Assembly (NCBI GenBank): GCA_018303045.1
Contig: JAGVYX010000013.1
Span: 1-48,408, forward strand
Source: Candidatus Woesearchaeota archaeon
Lineage (GTDB): Archaea; Nanobdellota; Nanobdellia; Woesearchaeales; GW2011-AR9
Direction of reading: 5' to 3'
DNA length: 48,408 nt
Shown: positions 17,931-26,157 of the stretch, piece by piece
Layout: each line of letters starts with the position of its first letter
How positions within the stretch are numbered: the stretch's first letter is position 1
The notes under the pieces: generated by a model
The model's database searches: none
Seen by the model: the letters and a program-made list of their open reading frames with translations, nothing else
Told to the model about the DNA's origin: nothing
Program-made: the position numbers and the translations under genes

Positions 17931-18851
17931 TTACCTTGAATGACTGATCTTGGTCCTGATTTCTCTAAGTGTATCCTTAATCTCCTTTATTTTGTCATTC
18001 AGATAACTGCGGGTTTCCGGATTAAGATTTGAAACAGCAGCTATGCGCTCTTTCATTTTTTTAACTGTAATATGAAGCCCGGAAAAATCAGCGCCAATTT
18101 CTCTCCAAAGCTGCTCCTTTTTTGATTCATCATGAGAAGAATAATACGTTGCAATTGCCTCGGATTTTTCAGAGAGGCTTTTGAAAGTAATGCTAAGACT
18201 CTCCAGCGCAACCTCCAGCACTACAAGTTGGGTATCATCATCATCTGATATATCTTCCTCTGCTGGTTGTGATGAACTTCCATCTTCTGGCGTTCCGGAC
18301 TGAACTGGGGGTATAGGCTCCTCTTCTTCTCCTTCCTCGGATGCTGGCGTGTCAAACGGATTCTGGCTTGGTGTATTAACTTTTTGAAATGAAATACCGC
18401 CCCCTCCGCATTCTAACTTAAGCGTGCGATCTCGATAACGACAAATCCCTTCATCACTGCCAGTGTCAATATAGGTAATATGCTTTCCTTGAACAGTATC
18501 TTCATATCTACGGTCTTCTTTGTATAGGACAAAATAAACATGTTCATTATTTGGAATATATGCGGAATGAATTATGGCATAATCAGCATAATCTTTAGCT
18601 GAATACAGCAGTGTGTTATCGCGCGCCCGATACATCTCTAGTAAGAAGTTTTCTTTACCGGGGTCAGTATATGCAGGATAAAAGCTAAGAATGAGGGGGT
18701 AGTCCTCTTGGTAATCAGGATACTCATTGTAAAAAATCTGAGAAGCTGGATCTGAGTTATCATATACTCTAGACAAGTAATAGAAAATAAACTGGCTCCT
18801 GGACTGGAATATCTTCCTGTTTAAAGCTGGCGAAACCATTTTCATCAACAT
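17931..18851 (-). CDS. hypothetical protein; possibly the frameshifted continuation of the upstream gene
   Basis: The 5' 83 nt overlap ORF 18769..19623 in another frame. It has an internal MYRARDNTLL...VYFVLYK module and an acidic linker. Confidence 0.45.
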   Translation of the reverse strand: MLMKMVSPALNRKIFQSRSQFIFYYLSRVYDNSDPASQIFYNEYPDYQEDYPLILSFYPAYTDPGKENFLLEMYRARDNTLLYSAKDYADYAIIHSAYIPNNEHVYFVLYKEDRRYEDTVQGKHITYIDTGSDEGICRYRDRTLKLECGGGGISFQKVNTPSQNPFDTPASEEGEEEEPIPPVQSGTPEDGSSSQPAEEDISDDDDTQLVVLEVALESLSITFKSLSEKSEAIATYYSSHDESKKEQLWREIGADFSGLHITVKKMKERIAAVSNLNPETRSYLNDKIKEIKDTLREIRTKISHSR

Positions 18852-19623
18852 AAAGCGATTTCAAGAGTTGTCCATCCATTGCGCGATACATTTTAACTTT
18901 AAGATCCTTTACTACTTCTTTGCTCCAACCTCCACTTGAAACTAAGACAATACCTCCACTAGATTCTGGGGGAGGTGCTGCATTGGCCGGTGGTGGGACA
19001 GGTGTTGGTGTTGGAGAAACCGGTGTTGAGGGGATGCTATCAGCAACATACTCTATAATCAGTTCTGGTCTTTTTTGGACTCCTGCAATCGGATAATCTG
19101 CTGTTGCAAATAAACCGCTTCCTTCGGACCCTTCATTCTGTTTTTTAATTAAAAAGCCATAGTCGGCAACATTACCGTTAAGTCGCGGAAGGACCATGTC
19201 TGTAACATCAAATTCATAAAAGCCATACGCTTTTGATGCGCCAACAATAGAAACTGGATCATATAATGGCTGGTTATTCCAGGTAACGCTGTCCGTGCTC
19301 CAATCCTGAGCGACTGCATTTAAAACATAGGGTTCATTATTGTCCCAAGTATTACTTACACGCTGGATGCGCAGGATAACTTTGGTAATATTCTCCTTTA
19401 CAGAGATGCCTTGAAGGTCAAACCTAATCAGATAGCGGTTAAGATCATTATAGTACTGTGCTCTTCCAATATCCGCATAAACACCGCTATTTAGGACATT
19501 GTTTGCGTTCAAGAGACTGACTTGGTTATCATGAAGTGAAGATACCGTCTTGCTGGCATTAGCTGAAGTAATCATTAATAAAGAAAATAGGATCACTAAA
19601 AGTAGTTTAGATCTCATCTTCAA
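18769..19623 (-). CDS. secreted DNRLRE-domain protein
   Basis: A signal peptide is followed by RYLIRFDLQGI...WSTDSVTWNNQP, the DNRLRE-type motif. A Pro/Thr linker (PSTPVSPTPTPVPPP) follows. Confidence 0.6.
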   Translation of the reverse strand: MKMRSKLLLVILFSLLMITSANASKTVSSLHDNQVSLLNANNVLNSGVYADIGRAQYYNDLNRYLIRFDLQGISVKENITKVILRIQRVSNTWDNNEPYVLNAVAQDWSTDSVTWNNQPLYDPVSIVGASKAYGFYEFDVTDMVLPRLNGNVADYGFLIKKQNEGSEGSGLFATADYPIAGVQKRPELIIEYVADSIPSTPVSPTPTPVPPPANAAPPPESSGGIVLVSSGGWSKEVVKDLKVKMYRAMDGQLLKSLYVDENGFASFKQEDIPVQEPVYFLLLV

Positions 19624-19789
19624 AACTCTGTTTCGTATAAAGGACGATGTTTTAACATTATAGTGGTTAAAATTAAGTTTACTTTATTAATACTTCTGTT
19701 AATAATTTTAATAATCTGGTATTGGTGAAATTTTTATTCAATCAATTCTAACCAATAACTTTTTATAACTTCCTGCTTTTTTACTGGTT

Positions 19790-20392
19790 ATGGACCAAAT
19801 CGCTCAAGGCGCGGAAGCTGTATTGTGGCTGGACAAGCAGAGAATCTTAAAAGAACGGGTAACCAAGGGATACCGTTATCCGGAATTAGACCAGAAAATA
19901 AGGAAATTCAGAACCAGAAGGGAAGCCAAAATTCTGCAGCGGCTGGAAGAAATAGATTTTCCTGCCCCGCGGCTGCAGGAGTTTTCCGATCAGCGCATGT
20001 CGTTAACTCTGGATTTTATCTCGGGTCCTAAACTGAAGGATGTTTTAAAGCAAAGCAACGCCAAAATCTTAGCTAAAGCCATGGGCGAAAATATTGCCAA
20101 GCTGCATAATCATAATATTATCCATGGCGATTTAACTACCTCTAACATGATCCTGGACAAGGAAAAAATTAATTTCATTGATTTTGGCTTGTCGCAGTTT
20201 TCAGAAAAGATTGAAGACAAGGCCGTAGACTTATTTTTACTTGACCGGGCTTTAGCCAGCGCTCACGGGGAAATTTATCCTGAAGTCTTTGAAACAGCTT
20301 TAGAAATGTATAAGAAATATAATCAAGATGCCGGAAAAGTCTTGGAACAATTGCAAAAAGTTAAGGCCAGGGGAAGGAATAAGAATAAATAA
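19790..20392 (+). CDS. bud32: Kae1-associated kinase Bud32 (KEOPS subunit)
   Basis: GAEAVL, RTRREAKIL, IIHGDLTTSNMIL and IDFGLS are present, and the protein is 200 aa. Confidence 0.85.
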   Translation: MDQIAQGAEAVLWLDKQRILKERVTKGYRYPELDQKIRKFRTRREAKILQRLEEIDFPAPRLQEFSDQRMSLTLDFISGPKLKDVLKQSNAKILAKAMGENIAKLHNHNIIHGDLTTSNMILDKEKINFIDFGLSQFSEKIEDKAVDLFLLDRALASAHGEIYPEVFETALEMYKKYNQDAGKVLEQLQKVKARGRNKNK

Positions 20393-20397
20393 TAATA

Positions 20398-20604
20398 TTA
20401 AAACACTACCTTATACTCTCCTGCCGCTTCAATCTCTTTTTTAATTTGCTTTAAATCCAGTTTGCCTTCATGTTCTATTACTGCTTTTCCCGTCTTAAAA
20501 TCAACTGCGCAGGATTTAACTCCATTAATCTCAGAGCAAATGTCTTCAATTAACATTTTACAGGAATTACAATGCGTTCCTTTCACAATAAATTCTGTTC
20601 TCAT
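20398..20604 (-). CDS. copZ: HMA-domain copper chaperone (CopZ-like)
   Basis: 68 aa with GTHCNSCKM (a CxxC in the HMA fold). Confidence 0.8.
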   Translation of the reverse strand: MRTEFIVKGTHCNSCKMLIEDICSEINGVKSCAVDFKTGKAVIEHEGKLDLKQIKKEIEAAGEYKVVF

Positions 20605-20672
20605 GCTATAATCTCAGCTATATTTATTTATCTCTTTTATTCCAATAATAGATTTACTCTATTAACATATAA

Positions 20673-22031
20673 TTAGACTACCTTAAACACTCCCGGCCCG
20701 GCCATGCCCATGCCGCAGGTGAAAGTTATTTTTCCCGCTTCCGTAGGCGTAAAGACAATGGTCTTAATCTGGTCTCGGGGCAATTTCTCAGTAATTCCTA
20801 ATTTAGGCACGCTAATGATCTGGCCGCAGCCCCTGGCCTTGCTGCCGTCAATCCGCCATTCCACGGGAACATTTTTTTTCAAAGTAAATTGGTCTGGATA
20901 ATATTCTAAGCCCTCAACTTTCAAGCTGATGATTTGCTTTCCATCTACGATATTAAACTGGCTGTCGCCAACAACGTTATTTGTGTCGGGCATTCCAATG
21001 GTGGCGCCGACTAAATTAAATCCGGGAGTTAAATTAAATATCCCTAAAGCGATCACCAGCAAAGCAGAAAAAATAGTAAAATACTTTTGAACCGTTCCTT
21101 TAGCAAAACTGGTAAATGCTCCTATAGAAATTAAGGCGGGCAAAGTTCCTAATGAAAAGGCCAGCATAGTTAATGCGCCGGTAATAAAGCTGCCTGTGCC
21201 TAACACATATAACTGCAATGCCTGTGTGAAACCGCAAGGCAGAAAGAAAGTGGCTGCGCCAAACAAAAAAGCATTCTTCTTGCTAAATTCTTTCTGTTCG
21301 CCGGCTCCGTAAATTTTATGCGCAATAAATTTAGGCATTTTAACCTGAATTTTATTCAGCCAGGGGAAGACATTCAATAATTGCAGGCCAATAATAATCA
21401 TTAAAATGCTGGCAATAATCGTGATCATTCCGGTTACTGTTGACGAAAGAGTTAATACTGAACCTAACGCGCCAATGGCTCCGCCTAATACAGCGTAGGA
21501 TATTATTCTTCCAGCATTGAAATATAAGTGCGGCTTAAATTTCTGCGCGCGGCTTAGGCCAGCATTAAGCTGATTATACTTATTTACCACAGCCAACAGC
21601 AATCCGCCGGCTACCGCTAAACAAGTAGATATCGCTGCTACTAAGCCAATTAAAAACACTAAGCCGTAACTCATGTTTTCAGTTACTCCTAAATTTGGAG
21701 GCAATACGTCTAATTGGCTTAACAAAATGTAGGCGCCAATCATGATTACCAGAACTGAACCGATTTCTTTCCAGCGTGATCCATCTGCGGCAATCAGTTT
21801 TGCGGATAATCTGGATGAATCATCAACAACGTTTAATGTATATCCTTTATCTTTCACTGCTTCCTGTAATTGGGCCAGCTGAACTTCGTCAGAACATTTA
21901 ACTTCCACCTGATCCTTAGCTTTACTGGCTTTGGCCTTTTCAACTCCAGAAACTTGCCGCAGTTTTCGTTCTATTAACACTTCACAGCTGGCGCAGGTCA
22001 TTCCGGCTACATTAAAAGTTAATTTTTTCAT
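20673..22031 (-). CDS. HMA domain / DsbD-TauE-like polytopic membrane domain / C-terminal cupredoxin-like domain fusion
   Basis: The N-terminal GMTCASCE is followed by about 6 TM segments. The C-terminus reads EWRIDGSKARGCGQ...ITFTCGMGMAGPG. Confidence 0.7.
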   Translation of the reverse strand: MKKLTFNVAGMTCASCEVLIERKLRQVSGVEKAKASKAKDQVEVKCSDEVQLAQLQEAVKDKGYTLNVVDDSSRLSAKLIAADGSRWKEIGSVLVIMIGAYILLSQLDVLPPNLGVTENMSYGLVFLIGLVAAISTCLAVAGGLLLAVVNKYNQLNAGLSRAQKFKPHLYFNAGRIISYAVLGGAIGALGSVLTLSSTVTGMITIIASILMIIIGLQLLNVFPWLNKIQVKMPKFIAHKIYGAGEQKEFSKKNAFLFGAATFFLPCGFTQALQLYVLGTGSFITGALTMLAFSLGTLPALISIGAFTSFAKGTVQKYFTIFSALLVIALGIFNLTPGFNLVGATIGMPDTNNVVGDSQFNIVDGKQIISLKVEGLEYYPDQFTLKKNVPVEWRIDGSKARGCGQIISVPKLGITEKLPRDQIKTIVFTPTEAGKITFTCGMGMAGPGVFKVV

Positions 22032-22077
22032 TTGTTTTTGATGCCCGTCCCTTGGGGCGGTTGGGATTTTTATTTCA
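22032..22077. promoter_or_regulatory. conserved hairpin box abutting the start codon; copy 2 of 2
   Basis: ttgtttttgatgcccgtcccttggggcggttgggatttttatttca; see 384-428. Confidence 0.45.
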
Positions 22078-22278
22078 TCATCGCCTTTTTCCTGATTTGG
22101 AATTGGTTTTATCGCATTTTTGCGTATCCATCCAGAGTTTCTTAATAAGCAGAGCTAAGACTATTACGATGCCAATTAAGATAAGATAATACAACAGCAT
22201 CATTAATCCTCCCCCGCCAAAACCGCCATAGCCCATCATACCAGATCCCCAGCACATGTTATTCACCTTTATCTCCAT
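22078..22278 (-). CDS. small Gly/Met-rich membrane peptide
   Basis: 66 aa: MCWGSGMMGYGGFGGGGLMM followed by a TM (LLYYLILIGIVIVLALLI). It lies between copA and the HMA-membrane gene. Confidence 0.5.
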   Translation of the reverse strand: MEIKVNNMCWGSGMMGYGGFGGGGLMMLLYYLILIGIVIVLALLIKKLWMDTQKCDKTNSKSGKRR

Positions 22279-22361
22279 TTTTCTATATAATTGTTTTTTA
22301 ACTTTATTAATTTAACTTTATTAATATTTGGTTCATTTTTTTTTGGTTATCTTTTTCAGGT

Positions 22362-24563
22362 TCATAGCTTTTTACCCCGCAATAATAATGTATTTATAAC
22401 CACGCTTACTGAACTTAGGGCCATGGCTCCTCCGGCAATTATCGGATTCAATAACCAGCCGGTAACAGGATATAAAACCCCTGCAGCTATGGGGATGCCT
22501 AGGACATTATAAACCAAAGCCCAGAACATATTCTGCCGGATTTTAGACATGGTCATTTTACTTAATTTTATAGCTCTAGCCACATCAACTAAAGAATTGC
22601 GCATTAGTACAATATTGCCTGTTTCCATAGCTACATCTGTGCCGGATCCCATGCTGATGCCAATATCCGCCTGAGCAATGGCCGGAGCATCATTGATCCC
22701 GTCGCCGACCATGGCTACGGCCCCTTTTTTTTGCAGGGTTTTTACATGATTAACTTTATCTTCTGGCAGCACCTCAGCAAAAAAATGTTCAATGCCCGCT
22801 TGTTTAGCAATAGCTGCTGCTGTACGCTGATTATCTCCAGTAATCATATATGGAACAACGCCCATTCGCTTTAAAATGCCCATGGCTTGAGGCGAATCTT
22901 CTTTAATCTGGTCAGCGACGGCAATTAAGCCCAGAATCTGTTTTCCTTCTGCCGCGACCATTACTGTTTTGCCCTCATTTTCTAATTGCTGCAACTCGTT
23001 TTGAATTGTAGAGAAGTCAATTTTATTCCTGTCCATCAGTTTTATATTGCCGATAGCATAATTCCTGCCGCTAATTTTAGCTTCTACGCCATGGCCGATT
23101 ACTGCTTTAAAACCGGTTACTTTTAATAATTTTAAATTTTTCTCTTTAGCCTTATTAACAATAGCTTCAGCTAAAGGATGTTCGGATTTATTTTCAATAC
23201 TGGCGGAAATTTGCAGCAAAGCTTGTTCAGAAACTTTACTTTTAGAAACAATTTCTGTTACTTCCGGCTTTCCTTTAGTGATCGTTCCAGTTTTATCTAA
23301 AATTACATATTTTATTTTGTGGGCGGCTTCCAAAGCATCCCCGCCTTTAATTAAAATCCCCCTTAAAGCTCCCTTGCCGGTTCCCACCATGATTGCTGTC
23401 GGTGTAGCTAAGCCCAAGGCGCAAGGACAAGCAATCACCAGCACCGCAACAGCAGCAATTATGGAAAAGCTCAATTCGGCATTAAATATTGAAAACCAAG
23501 TTATGAAAGTAACTACAGCAATTAAAATTACCGCCGGCACAAAATAAGCGGAAATTTGATCAGCAAATCTCTGGATGGGCGCCTTCTTCATTTGCGCTTC
23601 TTCGATCAGCTTAACAATTTTAGCCAGAGTGGTTTCTTTGCCGACTTTAGTTGCCTTAAAAATAAAGCTGCCCTGCTTATTGATGGTCGAGCCGATAACG
23701 TGGTCGCCTTTCTTTTTTTCTGCCGGAATGCTTTCTCCGGTGACTAAACTTTCATCTATTGCCGAGTATCCTTCTGCGATAACGCCATCAACGGGAATTT
23801 TTTCTCCCGGCTTTACGATAATTAGATCATTAACCTGCACCGCTTCTACGGGGATTTTAATTTCTTTTTTATTTCTAATCACCGTAGCCATCTTGGCGGA
23901 AACTTTCATTAATTTGCTGATCGCTTGGCTGGTTTTGCCTTTAGCTACTGCTTCTAAATATTTTCCCAGCAAAACTAGAGTTATTAATACTGCTGATACT
24001 TCAAAATATTGAAAGCCTTCGCTAAAGAAAATAACATATACAGAATAAAAATAGGCGGCGCTGGTGCCGATAGCAATCAGGCTGTCCATGTTCGCTGTTT
24101 TATCCTTCAAAGCCGACCAAGTGCCTTGATAGAATGTTTTTCCGATGTAAAATTGCACCGGAGTAGTAAGCAGGAATAACAGATATTTAGCTCCAGGCAA
24201 TTCATAGCCCAGGAAAAAGGGGCTTTCCATCATGAACAGCATGCCGATGATTAAAGCCGGCAGGGATAATAAAGCGCTTAAAATAACTTTATGGCGTAAT
24301 TTTTTAATTTCCCTTTCCCGGAACGTGTGTTCCTTTTTGGTATCTTCCGAGGTAAAGATTTCTGCGCCATAGCCTTTACTTTTGACCGCTTTAATTAATT
24401 GTTCTTCGTTAGTCTTTTGCTCATTAAATTCTACCAACCCTTTTTCAGTAGAATAATTTATTGACGCCGACTTAACTCCTTCCACCCTAGTCAAGGCTCT
24501 AGTTAAAATATTGACACAGCTGGCGCAGGTCATTCCGGTAATTTTTAAAGTAGTTTTTTTCAT
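22362..24563 (-). CDS. copA: copper-translocating P1B-type ATPase
   Basis: GMTCASC (HMA), TGES, the CPC motif (IACPCALG), DKTGTIT and GDGINDAP are all present. Confidence 0.95.
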   Translation of the reverse strand: MKKTTLKITGMTCASCVNILTRALTRVEGVKSASINYSTEKGLVEFNEQKTNEEQLIKAVKSKGYGAEIFTSEDTKKEHTFREREIKKLRHKVILSALLSLPALIIGMLFMMESPFFLGYELPGAKYLLFLLTTPVQFYIGKTFYQGTWSALKDKTANMDSLIAIGTSAAYFYSVYVIFFSEGFQYFEVSAVLITLVLLGKYLEAVAKGKTSQAISKLMKVSAKMATVIRNKKEIKIPVEAVQVNDLIIVKPGEKIPVDGVIAEGYSAIDESLVTGESIPAEKKKGDHVIGSTINKQGSFIFKATKVGKETTLAKIVKLIEEAQMKKAPIQRFADQISAYFVPAVILIAVVTFITWFSIFNAELSFSIIAAVAVLVIACPCALGLATPTAIMVGTGKGALRGILIKGGDALEAAHKIKYVILDKTGTITKGKPEVTEIVSKSKVSEQALLQISASIENKSEHPLAEAIVNKAKEKNLKLLKVTGFKAVIGHGVEAKISGRNYAIGNIKLMDRNKIDFSTIQNELQQLENEGKTVMVAAEGKQILGLIAVADQIKEDSPQAMGILKRMGVVPYMITGDNQRTAAAIAKQAGIEHFFAEVLPEDKVNHVKTLQKKGAVAMVGDGINDAPAIAQADIGISMGSGTDVAMETGNIVLMRNSLVDVARAIKLSKMTMSKIRQNMFWALVYNVLGIPIAAGVLYPVTGWLLNPIIAGGAMALSSVSVVINTLLLRGKKL

Positions 24564-24630
24564 TCTGTTTCTCCATTATTAATGCAGTTCTATTTATCCT
24601 CATTCTCCCTAATTTTGAGTTATGCTTTTT

Positions 24631-24721
24631 TAACTTCCTTATTATACTGAAAGTTAACTTCTTTTATACTGAAAGTTAACTTCTTTATTATACTGAAAGT
24701 TAACTTCTTTTATACTGAAAG
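24631..24721. repeat. tandem repeat of alternating 24/22-nt units (taacttcYtt[at]tatactgaaagt x4)
   Basis: Units are at 24631-24654, 24655-24676, 24677-24700 and 24701-24721. The array lies between the small Cys-ORF stop and the copA promoter region. Confidence 0.9.
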
Positions 24722-24850
24722 CTGGATTATTTCTAAATTACAGCTGTGATGAGCTTTGCACCATTGCTCGCATTTTTGGGCAGTTTTTTGGTCATTATAC
24801 CACAGGTTGCATTCTTCACATTCAAATAAATTCTTAATCCTTTTCACCAT
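24710..24850 (-). CDS. unannotated 46-aa Cys-rich (zinc-ribbon-like) protein coupled to the ArsR gene
   Basis: My own translation is MVKRIKNLFECEECNLWYNDQKTAQKCEQWCKAHHSCNLEIIQLSV. Its ATG overlaps the ArsR TAA (TAATG). It has a CxxC...CxxxC...C pattern and is too short for the ORF track. Confidence 0.5.
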   Translation of the reverse strand: MVKRIKNLFECEECNLWYNDQKTAQKCEQWCKAHHSCNLEIIQLSV

Positions 24851-25167
24851 TATCTTTCTCCCCGCGCGATTTTGCAGCAATACTCTCCCATATGGTCCTC
24901 AATTAACTGCAGCAACGGCTGAATGGTTTTTTTATTCAGTTGAAAGTAAGAAAATTTGCCATTTTTTTCCCGGAAAATCATGCCATGATATTCCAGTTCC
25001 TTAAGGTGATGAGAAACCAGGCTTTGCTCCAATTTTGCAGCTGCGCAGATTTCGGTTACATTTTTCTTTCCGTTTCTTAGCGCATTTAGTATCTCTAATC
25101 TGCTCTGGTTTCCTAAAGTGCTGAAAAATAACCGATAGGCCTGCTTGTTGCATGAATCCATTTTCAT
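24850..25167 (-). CDS. ArsR/SmtB-family metal-responsive transcriptional regulator
   Basis: The wHTH region reads LGNQSRLEILNALRNGKKNVTEICAAAKLEQSLVSHHLKELE. Confidence 0.85.
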   Translation of the reverse strand: MKMDSCNKQAYRLFFSTLGNQSRLEILNALRNGKKNVTEICAAAKLEQSLVSHHLKELEYHGMIFREKNGKFSYFQLNKKTIQPLLQLIEDHMGEYCCKIARGER

Positions 25168-25225
25168 ATGAAAAATAGTTCATCTATTTAAAGATTGCGG
25201 TGTTTTTGACCATTTAATCGGTAAT

Positions 25226-25882
25226 TCAAACCCACTTCCTAGCTATCGTCCCCGGCCCTCTTCTGCCGACAATCGGCCCATCATCATAAACTAATCCTGC
25301 CGCCGCCATATTTTCCCGAGCCATTCGCGCGCAGGTATACGTAGCTAAAACCCCGGAATCTTTCATCACTCGATACATTTCGATAAATAATTCCCTAGTC
25401 CACATCTCCGGAGAAGTCTTAGGCGAGAAGGGATCATAAAAAATAGCATCAAATTCTTGATTTTTTAATTCTTTCACTTTATCTTTAACATCACCCAATA
25501 AAACTTTAACTATAACTTTGCCTTGTCTTAATTCCAAATGATTTTTATTTAACTGTTTATAATACTGAAAAAAAGCAATGGGTGGATTGACTTCCTGGAT
25601 TTTAGCCAGGATTTCCGGATCTTTCTCAATGCCGATAACTTCAATTTGGCAATTCGGATTGCTTTCCAAAGCCACTTGAATGGCCATGGCTGAATTATAT
25701 CCTAAGCCAAAAAACATATCTAGAATTTTTATCGAGCCGGTTTTAGCCCGTTCCTTGATCTGGCAGGGTTCCGCATATTTTTTTAACGCTTCTTCCACTG
25801 CTCCAGTTTGCGAATGATATGTTTCATTCACCTCTAAATTAAGAAAAGATTCAGTATTGTCGGCAGTGATAATTTTTTTCAT
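25226..25882 (-). CDS. MnmC-like SAM-dependent methyltransferase (COG4121/DUF752 type)
   Basis: ETYHSQTGAVEE, FGLGYNS, and DAIFYDPFSPKTSPEMW...ATYT are present. Confidence 0.7.
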   Translation of the reverse strand: MKKIITADNTESFLNLEVNETYHSQTGAVEEALKKYAEPCQIKERAKTGSIKILDMFFGLGYNSAMAIQVALESNPNCQIEVIGIEKDPEILAKIQEVNPPIAFFQYYKQLNKNHLELRQGKVIVKVLLGDVKDKVKELKNQEFDAIFYDPFSPKTSPEMWTRELFIEMYRVMKDSGVLATYTCARMARENMAAAGLVYDDGPIVGRRGPGTIARKWV

Positions 25883-25978
25883 ATTAAACTAATCATTCCA
25901 CCGGTGTTTTCACCAGTGGTTCAACACCAGTTCCATTCGCGCAAACTCACGATGTTCGTAGCTTGCTTGTCAGCAAGA

Positions 25979-26109
25979 GTCAAAATGTTCAGCTCCCGCC
26001 ATCAGCGGGCGATCCGAGGCGAAGCTGAGCATGCCGCCGGTCGTTTCCAAAGGAAACTCACGAACGTTAGTGACTGGATGTGGCCAGTGATGATCGCGAA
26101 CATTTTGAC
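25979..26109 (+). ncRNA. structured RNA candidate of unknown family (131 nt, multi-helix junction closed by a 12-bp helix)
   Basis: The closing helix pairs gtcaaaatgttc (25979-25990) with gaacattttgac (26098-26109). Four hairpins lie inside: 25995-26009, 26010-26043 (12 bp), 26043-26057 and 26065-26096 (13 pairs). G-U wobbles are tolerated only on the plus strand. GC content is far above the surroundings, a T8 run follows, and the overlapping ORFs look non-protein. Confidence 0.45.
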
Positions 26110-26116
26110 AAATAAT

Positions 26117-26128
26117 TTTATTTTTTTT
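26117..26128 (+). terminator. oligo-T tract (tttatttttttt) following the RNA candidate
   Basis: Archaeal transcription terminates at oligo-T, and this tract starts 8 nt after the closing helix. Confidence 0.35.
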
Positions 26129-26157
26129 CTTGTCACATTTTGAATTTGAAAAAAAAT

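Noticed and set aside
22291-22512. 73-aa plus-strand ORF with a TTG start
   Set aside because: It overlaps the 3' end of copA on the opposite strand and the AT-rich spacer, so it is a shadow ORF.
23278-24012. Plus-strand ORFs inside copA (23278..23547, 23556..23747, 23575..24012)
   Set aside because: They are antisense shadows of a gene with all the P-type ATPase motifs.
25979-26109. TPP riboswitch or canonical 5S rRNA assignment for the structured element
   Set aside because: CUGAG and CUGGAU..CCAG strings recall the thi-box, and two segments recall 5S. However, there is no P3/thi-box geometry and no thiamine gene context. I also cannot form 5S helix II or a three-way junction. It is kept as an unknown RNA pending cmscan.
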